A stretch of 64,000 nucleotides of DNA from NCBI RefSeq assembly GCF_964204645.1, contig NC_134025.1:29058299-29122298 (forward strand), read 5' to 3'. Below, piece after piece: positions 23,741 through 35,803 of the stretch; the first letter of the stretch is position 1; each line of letters opens with the position of its first letter. The position numbers and the translations under genes are program-made. Source of the DNA: Tubulanus polymorphus (lineage: Eukaryota; Animalia; Nemertea). The notes below the pieces were generated by a model. That model did not search any database, was not told the DNA's origin, and worked only from the letters and a program-made list of their open reading frames with translations.

Positions 23741-26700
23741 TTAAGACATATAAATAAACATGTTATTATCATCCTCGGCGCGGCGCATGTATTTGTGTTC
23801 TATCAACCATTCGATTTGTTCTTTGATCGTTTTCTTCGATGGAAGGAACATGTTTTTTAGTATGTCTATTAATTCAGTCTGTAACGCCGCGTACGTGATG
23901 CGTTTCCTCATTTTCATTATTTTCACAATCGCCTCCTGTTGGAAGAGAAAAAATATTCCATAACTTAATGATAGTTCAACAATTTCGAGTAAAAGAATTA
24001 ACTAAACTTAAGAAACTTAATTAATTATTGGCCCTTGGCCCAGTTCCACAGTCGTGAGTTAGAGTTAACTCTGAGTTAAAGTTAGTTCATTTTCAATGAG
24101 TTAACTCCGAGACAAATCTTAACTCACAACTGTGGAACTGGACCCAAGAATGTCATCCCTCTACCGGGAATTAGTTCATTTTCGACTAGTTGAAGTTGTT
24201 TTAAGTAGTTTAACCCTGAACTGTGGAATACTGAGACATACCTGCACCCTGAGTATTCTAAGTTGCATGATTCCTTCATTATCCTCCTCTTTGGCACGTT
24301 CAGTTGCGAGTTGTAATCGCCCGATCAGATTAATCTTTCCTCGTTTTTGTGGCTTTCCCTGTTTACTGTAAAGCGTACAAACATCGCAACACATTTTTAA
24401 CGATGACTGAATGCGATCATATTTAGAATGTTTGGCAAACTCGCAAGTTTGGACGATCATTATCCAAATAACGACAAACACTTAGTAAATTTAATTGGAA
24501 GTACAGGCTGGACGACTAAAACGGTTCGAGTGTACCAATGACTCGAACTGATACTCACATGAGAGCGAACTCTTGGTTCGACCAGAACTGTGTACTGTCA
24601 CTGAAATCTTTTGGATTTTTGATACCGGCATCGCATAATAAAACTTGTCTTTTTAGTTTAGGAAAGGCAACGAGTGACTGGAATAAACAAAAGAAAAAAA
24701 GTAACAATGGTGCCGTTTCATCTTTTAAAGTCGCAATTAAAACTTATTAATTAGTTTAATGAATTTCGAATGCGTGAAGAGGTGCAGGCTGCAGACACTT
24801 ACCCACAAGGTTCTCCTGAGTTCAGTATCTGGAAGTCCAGTAGCGAGTTTTAAATTTTCGTAGTTGATTCGATCTTTCGGTCGTTGATTCCAGGCGAACA
24901 GAACCGCCATTTGAAACGTAGTGACTTCCAGGTCGAAACGACCGATTTCATTCGCGAATGATATCTGTGAATTGACAAATCATTATAAATATAAGTCGTT
25001 CGATGAATTCTGTTCAATAATGAATATGAATTTGTGTCACATACAATTCCATTAGACATCAGATGATGCCACTGTAGTTTTCGTCCGCTGTGTTTCTGTC
25101 TGTAAAACTCTTCGACTTGTGGTATATAATCCTCTAACTCCATAGGTAACGATACAGTCACTCGATCACTACTTCTCGCCCACGCACCAGCATTTAATAT
25201 CTTTATATTTATGGAATCTACGAATAATGAATCGACATGTAAATCACTTCAAAGTATGAACACGTATCGGAGTTCTTAAGCCGAGGCAAATCACCGCTTT
25301 TGGAAGTCAAAATTTAACACTTTTCCCGGACTCCACAGAGACCAGTTGCCACAGGCAGATCCAGGATTTAGGAACTCATTTAATCCAGAAAGGGGTCGGT
25401 CATAGGGGTGCTCTGGAATATTTTCTTTTTTTAAACATCCTTAGATACAATTTCAGTAAAAAATTTATCATATCTCCCACCCACCACATCTTCAGCGTTT
25501 TGCTTGAAAAGAAAGCACTGTGGTATCTAAGACCTTGACTATTATTCCCAGTTAAGCTAGCAGTTTTAAGACTTTATCAGACTACGACACAAAACCTACC
25601 GGCTATTCCTTCATTATTGTTTCTTTGAGCTTCTTTGAACTCTAGATTCAAGTCTTCACTAACTTTAATATCTTGGAACATTCGCGCTAGTTTATTTACA
25701 TAGTCGGCAGGCATTCCCACTTCCTGTAACATCAGAAGATAATGAAAAATTTCAAAATTGATGATATCTGAAGTATATTTTTCAGAGAGTTTCAAGGTTA
25801 ATTCTAAATCGCACCTTCAGAGCAAAGGTTATCATAACTGTTCTTCTGAAGATGGGATTTAGATCAGTATTGAATCTATATGAAACCTACCCTGAGCCAT
25901 TCGACCATATTTTCCTCTTTCTCATTATCAGCTGACGTGTCTAGGATCAAACGCCTGGTTAAATGAGCTTTATGATATCTCATGAATACGTCTTTATTCT
26001 GTACATATTTCAATACCAGTAACTGTTTAAAAAGAGACCGACATTTTCCTACTAAAATTGATCATCAATAATTCGATATTTCAGTCGATTTGCCGTGTGT
26101 AAATACGAACCACATCGCGTAGCTTTTTCTCAACTTCTTCTGACGTCAATTTTTTGCTGAGTGGGGTTTTTCTTAAAAGCATATCACAGTAGTTAGCAAG
26201 CAGTTCAGGACATTTTGACTCCGGTTGAGTTTTTGCACCGACACTGAAAATACATCACAATCATAGCAGAATAACGGTACACTCTTCAGACACGGAGAAT
26301 AAACCCACTAAGATTCGAATAAACTTCATTCATCAAAACTTAGAAGACACAATGTTTAGACTTAGTTTCTCTCTAGAGACCATTATTAGGTGTGAGAAGA
26401 AATACACGTTACAATTTGTGTTACCAACATAATCTATAGAGAATCATTTTTGGACTTTTTATCATTTTTTCGTTATCATTTTATATTCGAAGACAATTCG
26501 ATTCATTCTGAATATACTTAAAATTAACATATAATGGGTTTAAATTCAAACATCAGTGAATCACAGTCGGTGGAGTGAGAATCGAGATATTTATCGATTC
26601 TGACGATGACTTACTGTTTATTTTTAGAAGGTAGTTCTAATTTAAACACGGATGTATCATTGACGACGAATCGGTAGGCTTTATCACGAGACGTTAGGAA

Positions 26701-29700
26701 CCGAGGATCATCGTGAAACGCATCTTTCACTAATAAACTAAACCTATTAAACAACATCAGTAAACGTTCGACGTATTTCTCCGAATCCTGAAAATAACCG
26801 AAATCGTTCCGAGTTTCATTTGACAAGTACCAGAGCAAAGATCGGATTTGATTGATTCATCAGAGGACTAAGTTTCAGAGTTCAGAGTTAAATATGAATC
26901 TAGCTGGATGGCCACTTTCCACCAATTTACAAATTCCCCAAGGTTTTCTTGATTTTTCCATGTTATCACACAAAATTAGTAAATCAGAGCGATTTCCGGA
27001 TTTCGAATGTTACAATTCATTAATTTCGAATCACGCATTGATTAAAAAATGCGTGGTCAATAACATATTCCAATTCCCTGAGTTTTCCCCAGATTTTTTA
27101 TAGATTTAAAATTGATTGTCAGGAGGATCCAATTCCGGTTAAGATTTGAACTTAGGGACAGATTATACACTCAATGAGTTTCATTTAACGAGTAGTGAAA
27201 TTTTGAATATGTTTGAGTTCAAGAACCGAGGACTCAATACAAGGCTTGTAAGACTTCTTGATGAAATTGGTTTTAAAATATCAGGACGTGGTTCCGCATT
27301 CAAACTTATATGTCGAATTTAACGATGAAACTGAATCCAGAACGTACCGAGGTGATTTCATCCGCACAAGACATCATATCAGCTAAACCAGCGTGTATAA
27401 CATGAGCTTCTAGATCCTGTAACATCGGATTGATTCCATCAGGAACTCGATCCATTAAACTGAACATCAACTGTAGTTCTGTAAAACAATACAATTCACC
27501 ATCATCAAACAACATCAAATCAATAGATAAATAGTGATTTCCATCAATTAGTGATTTCCATCAATGTGATTCAACATGGCATGCACAGAACAGGGTTCAT
27601 AGCCTCAATATCCTGAGCTGATTACACAACATTTTCAGCCAAATTCCATGCCTTTTTGTCAACAATTCATCATAAATGATCATATTATTGGTCGTATTAT
27701 AGGTGCACTCTAAAGAAAAATAGGCAAAGTAGAAATTTGAAATTTCCAATTTCATGACTCATTCAAAGACCTTCCACAACTAGTATGAACCCTGTCAGAA
27801 TTAATAAGGCAAATACGCATTATTCTGATGCATTAAAACGAACAAGAGACAACAGTTAGAAAGAGATTAGTAATAAAATGGGACAATGTTTCCGGCATTG
27901 TAAAATTTACCCTTACTTTCTGTTTCGTTATTACGGATCATTTCTGCGCACTCGGCCAGAATCTGATCTTTAAACGCTGTGACTAATACATTTACACAGC
28001 AGTCAATTAACTGAAAATACAACAACAATAACAAACATTTAAATCAGCAACCACAACAAGAAAAACCATTTTCATTGATCAAACTCAAGGTGGCCACTTT
28101 CCGCCCATTTCCCTGAAGTTATAACAGAAAATTCCCTGAGTAAATCTGAGGGATTTCTGGGTTTAGAATGTTACATTTTATTCATTTCTAATAAATCACA
28201 TAGTGATCAAGAAACATGTGGACCACGCCATATTCTATCGAATTGTGGTCGATAAGATATCCAAATTCCCTGAGATACAATTCAAGGATTTCAAGGGGAG
28301 TGTATGATGAAAATTGAAAGTCAGTACGATACATACTGCTGATACCGATGAACATCCTTTTCTAGTTTCTAGATATCGTTGAGCTCGCTGTTCTTCTTCT
28401 TTTAGTTTCAGATCGGCGTATTTCATATAATTCTGAACTCCGTTTTCCGCCAGATACTGCGGCGCTTTACTGCGATAAAACGCTTCCGTAGCTTCGAGAT
28501 ATTTACTTTCGAAATTCTCGCGGTAGATTTTCAGTTTGTCCTCGGGATCGCTGCACAGATTGACTTTAAAGTGAAATAAATAACAGCCGGTTCATTAAGA
28601 TCAGGGGTCAGTTGCTCAGTCAACGCTAAAATTTAAGACCAGTCTAAGACCGTTTTGGTTCTATATCCGATCTAATAACTTACGACCAGTCTATAAGTTT
28701 TGGGGCACTTTCGGACTTTTCTGTGCAACCGGGTCAACTGGGCCTTGGGGTCAGTTGCACATGTCTTGACTAAAGTCCAAAAGTGGTCTTAAATCTTAAG
28801 ACTGGTCTTAAGTTGTTAGATTGGCTTTAGGACTTAATTGGTCTTAAACTTAAGTCTAAGCCATGACTGTGCAACCGGCCCCAGGGTCATTCCTGGGTGT
28901 AAGGAGTTTCACAGAGGAGAAAGCAGGGACAAGAGATGTAATTTACCGTAAGATTCTCGAACTCCGATGACCAACTGTGAATCGAATGCTTCACCATTTC
29001 GTTCGGCGTGAACTAATTTCATGCCACTGTCTAACAAACGATCGTTTATATCGGAGAATATACTCTGATTCCAGCTGTCTAACATTAACTACAAAAACAA
29101 TACATACATCTCACTTACAGTAGAAATTATCATCATCCATCGGCAAGTGACAAATTCATTTGATGAAAAAAGCCAAAATTACGAAGTTAAACCAATGGAG
29201 GATTGAAGTTCTAACTCACATCATGTAATTTGATAATAGCCCCCTGTTAAAATATCTAAATCCTCAACTTTTATTGCGTAATTGTGGATATTTTCTTCTA
29301 TGAATGAATGAAGAAAATATCCACGATAATCACATTATTTCCTGTTATTAGGCAGTCAAACTATGCGCCGACAAAATACATTTTACATGTATTTTAGTGT
29401 GTTGATCAGTGATTACACACCGTACATTCTGCATGGCCTTTACAAGATTATCGATTGGAGCTAGTTTGACAGTTATAAGTTAGATCTGACTCAAGGGTTG
29501 GACATTAACTAATTCAGTCAGATGGAATGAGACTAGATCAATGGAACCGGCCAATAGGTTAAATATATACAGATCTAAAATATGAGTTCTTACCTTTCTA
29601 ACAATACTTTCTTCTTGGTTTTTTTTCTGATTACTGTGACTCGGGCCTTTATTAGCGAGCGTGATCTCTAACTGATTAAACGGTTTCGGTAGATAGTCGC

Positions 29701-31049
29701 ATTGTGTGAAGAATTTACCCCATTCTGCGATATAGTTTTTCAACAAGGCCGAGTCTTCCAAATGCTGCAACACTCTCTGTGAATTATGAAACAAATTATT
29801 GGATATTTGCCTCGATTGTTGATAAATGGTATCTCTGTTACAGATGAGTCACCCACTGACCCAAAGGAAACTTACAGCTTGTGCTTGTTTGATGAAATCT
29901 AAAATGTCACTTTGTAAAGCTGTGTGAACCTTCGAAGCCCCTTTATCGTCCCATAGACAAACTGAATGGACAGCCCTGAAATCAAATCGAGCAAAATGAA
30001 GATCAAAAATCAAAGATCTCAAAGGGCGTAGTTAGTAGCTCTTTTATTCAGAGGTAAGGTAGTTCTCCTACTCGGTTCAGATGAAAGCGGTATCAACTAA
30101 ATTCTTACCAAAATAAATCCTGCCATTCTGGTCGAGTAACTGTTTCTTGTCGTAATAGTTTTAGGACAGTTGGCCGCATTGAAGGCCATTTGTCATCAAA
30201 CTGCAGCTGTCCCGAACCCTGCAAAATATAAATTGATGTTCTTTCTGTAATCATTAATCTAAAACAATGGTAGTTACCGGACTACGGATTAGTCAGTAAC
30301 AGGACTGTGGTCTAGTCAGTAACCGGACTTATTCTGGTCTAGTCAGTATTGTACTGCTTTACTAGGTAAGTTAGTAACTGTAACAGGAAAAAATTTCTAG
30401 ATCTAGAATTGACCTGGATTGGTCCTTCTGATCCACCTAATACATCGGTCCATTCTATCGTCAATGGATTAGTCATTAATAACAGACTTTAATAATGTGA
30501 ATGCTTGTTAAGTCAGTTCTAACTTGGAACGGATTTAGTTTAGAAAATTCTAAATAAAGACAAGAAGTGAAAATTGTTAACCCCCTCAGCAATAAAATCA
30601 CTAGTAGATGCAGCCAAGCCAAGCTGATCAACCTTTTTGTTTTTGTTTTAGGTATCCGCCTGTTCTACACTTTTCGTCTGGCACAGGTTAAGCCAAGGCA
30701 GGGATCTAAATCACAACATATTTCTAAGCCCGGTGCTATTCATAGGACAATCTTGGTCTTCGTAAACTCAGAATAGCGATAGAACCAAATTATGAATCAG
30801 CTGATCAAGTAAAAAAATAGAGAAAGGAAATTTCTACGTCGTTATTTGAGCGATCAGGAGCGCTGTCTTACACCAGAAATTTCAACTCGATCTAAAACTC
30901 AGATGAGTTTCATTATCTATCGATCACATCTTAGTACAATCAAAATTAAAACAGATTAACGAATGTCCGAGTAAACAGCGCAAATAAAGAATTAACAACA
31001 AAATAAACAAAGGAAAACAACTCACTTTCAGCATACTGGATGCTGCCAT
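23741..31049 (-). CDS. CUL5: Cullin-5, about 17 exons, about 780 aa
   Basis: Starts MAASSMLK|GSGQLQFDDKW. Contains DSEKYVERLL, EVGMPADYVNKLARMFQDIKVSEDLN, HSGRKLQWHHLMSNG, GKINLIGRLQL and the C-terminus KNMFLPSKKTIKEQIEWLIEHKYMRR. Approximate exons: 31049-31026, 30218-30109, 29976-29877, 29776-29594, 29088-28947, 28563-28336, 28010-27916, 27479-27348, 26787-26615, 26243-26111, 26021-25891, 25723-25601, 25217-25044, 24964-24803, 24677-24559, 24365-24242, 23935-23741. Confidence 0.97.
24034..24148. mobile_element. About 115-bp palindromic mini-MITE in the last CUL5 intron
   Basis: Left end CTTGGCCCAGTTCCACAGTCGTGAGTTA pairs with right end TAACTCACAACTGTGGAACTGGACCCAAG. Partial copies occur at about 41338-41362 and 46006-46075. 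Confidence 0.75.
28604..28882. mobile_element. Two adjacent MITE-like elements (28604-28735, 28747-28882) in a CUL5 intron
   Basis: Each begins GGGGTCAGTTGC and ends CTGTGCAACCGG(G/C). Internal TAAGACC/GGTCTTA subrepeats are in opposite orientation in the two copies. Confidence 0.65.
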
Positions 31050-31261
31050 ATTGGGCCAATCTCGAAATCTTAGAATCTGACGAGACTTGAAAATTATTGC
31101 CAAATTTCGATAATTCTTTAATACTTTACTGATAGAATTATTTCAAAATTATTTTCAATCATCAGTACGATACATTCAATCGTCAATAATTTAATTTTGA
31201 TCTAAAAAGTCATAGTTTTTAGTCAACAAATTTGTCGGCAGGTGGCGGTAGTATCGTCAAA
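31050..31261. promoter_or_regulatory. Compact bidirectional promoter CUL5/VBP1
   Basis: The divergent start codons are only 212 bp apart. A YY1-like AAAATGGC overlaps the VBP1 ATG. Confidence 0.7.
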
Positions 31262-33063
31262 ATGGCTTCCTCCGTCGTCGCCGACGCCTCGGATAAAAAT
31301 GAGAATTCAAGTAACATTCCTAAAGCTAGTTTTGTGGTAAGCAGGTTTTATTTGATTTTACAATATTCTCTGTTTCGTGATTATTCATTAAGTGTAGTTT
31401 CTATTTCTGATATTCGCCAGAATTTACATGGAATTTAAACTGAAAGTTACACGCGAGATCAATGTAGTCTGGGCAAACGGTGTTGAGTCTTGAGATGTCA
31501 AAAGGTGACTGTCAAAATATGATGGTCATCGGTGTTTTTAGGCTCAAAGCAAATTTCGGATATCGTGTGGAACATTTCATTTTCGTTTAACTTCTCTATT
31601 TCACTGATGTCTTCCGCAATTCTGCCTTGCCCGTTAAAATCTATGTTTTTGACAGTTCAGTTCTATCTAGTCTGAATACCAGTCGTTGTTACGGCTAGGT
31701 ACTAGACTAAGTTCAGTTCCACCACCTCACTCAGAAGAGAGAGTAGATTCTCACTCAGAGGCCCTCTGGAGAGAGATCAAGCCTCTGTGGACGGAATATA
31801 GTCCCTGTTTTCTATCTATTACTAGGGTTGTGCCTTGTAGTCTTTAAGCATCATAAGAAATTTCAAAGTTGTTTTTTTTTCCCGAAAATTGTAGGAGGAT
31901 GTTGACGAATTTATGAAAGCCGAAGGAAATGAAAATCCGGAAGCAACTTTGAGACGGTTCGATGAACAACATCAGAAATATAAATTCATGGAATACAATC
32001 TTACGACGAAAAAAGCCAGGTATATTTCAAACGCTTAAGAAATAGCTCCCATTATTTTGACAGACCTGATTGTGATTTTTGTTGTCATCAATTTCAGATT
32101 GAAATCACAAATTCCTGATATAAAGCAATCATTAGATATTGTAAAGTATCTTAAATCTAAAAAGGTAGGATTGATATGAAACAGACTGTTCTCGGTTACT
32201 GTTCATTATAATATGATAGCCTATCCCTTGCTTAAAGATAGAAAGAGTCTGAAAGGTTTCATTGAGTTGATGTCTTATCCTTATCTCTTATTCTAATCGC
32301 GAGATTTTATAGTGGCAAACGTATTAGCTATGTTTTATTTGTTTCGACCAAGAAAGAAATGTCTCTGATTTTGATTGTTTATACAGGATTCTACAGATGT
32401 TATACAGACTAACTTTCTACTATCAGATCAACTGTATGCAAAGGCTACAATACCACCGACTGAAAAAGTTTGTTTATGGTTAGGGGTAAGTGCTGATCAT
32501 GAGGCAGGAATTTCAAGTGTGAAAATTCTGTCAAAAAATATTTTGATCCCCCTTATATGCCGAATACTGTTGAGCTCGGAATACGCACGAGATGTGTTCC
32601 AAGTTTAAGAAGTCTTATTTTATTTTATCTTGATATATGAAAAATTTGGTAACAGTGCATGAAAAATCTGAGTATTTTGTTGTGAAAAATGTTTAAAAAT
32701 ATAATAAGCTAATTGTAACTCTTGAAAAAATATGTGAAAATTCCAGGGTTCATCAATGTGTCCCTACATGGGAAGACAATCAATGTTTTTCTGAAGGGGC
32801 AGGTACAAGCAGCAGATTGAAAGCTGTATTATAAGTTATATTGACTTTTTTGTTTTATATTCTAGGCTAATGTGATGTTAGAGTATAATTTGGATGATGC
32901 AGATGCTCTTTTAACAAAAAATCTCGACGCGGCCACATCGTCTTTAGAACTCGTCGACAATGATTTAGGATTTATTCGCGATCAAACAACAACGTTAGAA
33001 GTAAACATGGCTCGCGTTTATAACTGGGACGTCAAGAAAAGACAAACGTCGAAAAAATCATAA
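31262..33063 (+). CDS. VBP1: Prefoldin subunit 3 (VHL-binding protein 1); exons about 31262-31336, 31895-32019, 32099-32164, 32388-32486, 32867-33063
   Basis: IPKASFV|EDVDEFM, DEQHQKYKFMEYNL, QIPDIK, FLLSDQLY, VCLWLG|ANVMLEY, RDQTTTLEVNMARVYNWDVKKR. Confidence 0.96.
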
Positions 33064-35803
33064 ACAGTTTGCAGCTGATCCAAGGACGATATCGAGAATG
33101 AAATTATATGAAATAGATTCTAATCTATATTCAGTCTGTGAATGAAACTTTCAACGATTTAAGGGAATATCATTTAAAGATCTTTATTTCATGTGTTGGA
33201 AAATTGTTTTTGTACAAAGAAACAAATTAATTTAAACCACTCTTTTCCTCGTCACTTTTCTTGTTTTTGCATCAGTTTCACACCTCTGGAAGTGTTAACA
33301 ACAGAAACCAAAAGATGACGCTACTGGTAGTTCATTTTGGCTCCCCTGCACTGCCAAAAAGTTTTGTCAATGCTTTATTGGTATTTTATTGGAGTTCTTG
33401 GGTGCATTCATTGCACACATTATTATAGTTTACTGATGATGTATAAACCACCTATGTGTCAACAAATGTAATTTATTGAGTGCAGATAAAGTTCATAACT
33501 TATTCTTCGGTATGAACTTTCATTACCCTGCACTGCAAGGTCTGTGCTTGAATTAACTTTTTACCTGCATGGGGGTTATTATTCTTTGTTCGAATTTGTA
33601 AAAAGAAAGTTTTTTATTTTTTGAGAAATAAACAATTTCACCGGCACCTTATACGCATTGTTTTACAATTACCTGTTTCGCATTTCTTTTTCTAACTTCA
33701 ATCGAGTCTTCGATAATATCACTTGTCATATGACATGACATACTGACGCAAAGGCCAATTCCTTGGCCCTGAAAATGTATCCATTTACAGAGGAAATCAA
33801 TAGTTGTCTTTGTGCTATAGAGATTCTGCAACACGTAATATATTATTCAAGTTCCAGCTCTGCAAACCATCAATTGATAATTTGATTGATTGACTAAGCC
33901 GACGACTACGGAATTGAGTGCTTATTTGGTCACATAGACTTCATCAAGTCTTTGTAAAATGGTGGAGACCGCCGTATCGGTACTCCTATCAAGAAATTCC
34001 GTTCATGAACCAAAGAAATACCTATTTGTGTGTAAAAATATATAAATCTTATTTTAAGTCAAAAATCAGCAGTAACACAATTGTAAGTGGAGCAGTTAAA
34101 CACAACTAGTACATAACAATCTAAAAAAGAACATGTTTTTAAACATTAAGCATAAATGTAGTGATATTTTGGCATATCTTCAGTGATGAAAACTACCTAG
34201 TTTAAAAAATTATCGTTTTATGAATTTTAAGTGTTGCCTGTCGTTAAGCCTAGAGAGGATTATAAAACGCAACAGACTGTAAAACATTCAAAAACTTAAG
34301 AAACAAATTAATGACCTATTATTCGGTGTCTATTGACATTGTGAAACCAAGGGTTTCCAGACTATAACAATAGACATATAACTGTTCCCTAACTCAATGC
34401 AAAACCAGTTTTTATTTGTTACCCTTGTTGTTCGCGACACTTAAAATTCACAGAAATATGGAAACGCCGGGCGGCCATAAATTTTACATTATCAACGATC
34501 AATATACCTTTTTATGGACAATGACTGTTATGCAAAATTAATGGCCTCTCATGAAGTTCATGTTTGCTCAGGATAGTTGGAAAAGCATTGAATGAAAAGC
34601 AATTCCTCAAAATAATCGATTGAAAGAATATTACACTTGAGAGGACATTAGTTTAGTACTCATTAGTTTTTTCATTCATATCTCGAATTAATGAATACTT
34701 TCTAGATAGTTCTACATTATTATTATCACAGCAACAGTACAGGTATTAATTTGTCGCATAATATTGAGCAAGTACCGTTATACCATGGATGTCCACGGTT
34801 ATACGCACATTAATCAGGTGCATTTTAAAGCCATTATAATTATTGAAATACGAAATATCAAACAGAGTGAGGAATTCAGTTTTGTTTACAAAATAACAAA
34901 TGTAATATGAAGCCTGTAATTGAGTGGTCCCATATATAATAAGCTGATCATAATTCTACTGTTTGCACTTGACCAACTTCACTCTAAATCCAATGTACAG
35001 CCTTGAAATAGAAGATCTACAACCTGAAATTAGAAGATCATATCTTTAGATAAATCAAACGCTTATAACGAAAAATAATACTATATAATTTAGATACCTG
35101 TAAATCAAATGCTTATTACGAAAAATTATATATGATTTCTCCTAATAATATAATCGCTCAAGGACACATATGTTTTTGTCTATTTTATGAACATCAGATT
35201 GAGTAAATATCAGGTTCAACGCTTGACCTGGAAATATGCAAAGGTAAAATGTCTGAAAACCTGACAGGGAATAAGATTAAATGATCTTATAAAAGAATAT
35301 TATTTGCCAGGTCACGTATTGGCACAAAATATGCTGAAAAACGAAAACCCCTTCTTTATGGAGCATATCTATTGAAAAAGACAAGGTGACGCAAATCAAA
35401 TACGTATTATGAAACAGTCACTGCCTGGGAGTGAATAAACATTACAGAAACAAAACAACACAGTTCAATTCTAAAATACACTTCATATCATTGCAGAAAA
35501 CAAAAACATGTGATATCAAAATGTTGTAGATCATACTATTATATCATTCGAGGACTTTTTGAGCAAAAAATAAGCAACTATTCAAAGAAATTGTCTCTCC
35601 CAGTTCCAAAGAGATTTTGAGTGATTTCTCAAAATTAGGAGATTTTAAGTCCTTGAAAATATCTCTTATTAGAAAGTTTAGAGAAATTTTCAAGAAATCA
35701 AGGAGCCGTAGTTTGAGCCCTGTATAACTGTAAAATAAAAGATGAATTATGAGAAGAATAGTTTTACCTTTCAATTTGTCTAATTTGAAATGATTATCAA
35801 CTC

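Noticed and set aside
22579-31682. 16-bp inverted match CTGGTATTCAGACTAG (22579) / CTAGTCTGAATACCAG (31667) as ends of a large element around CUL5
   Set aside because: More simply explained as two independent fragments of a small dispersed repeat. The enclosed genes are ordinary housekeeping genes.
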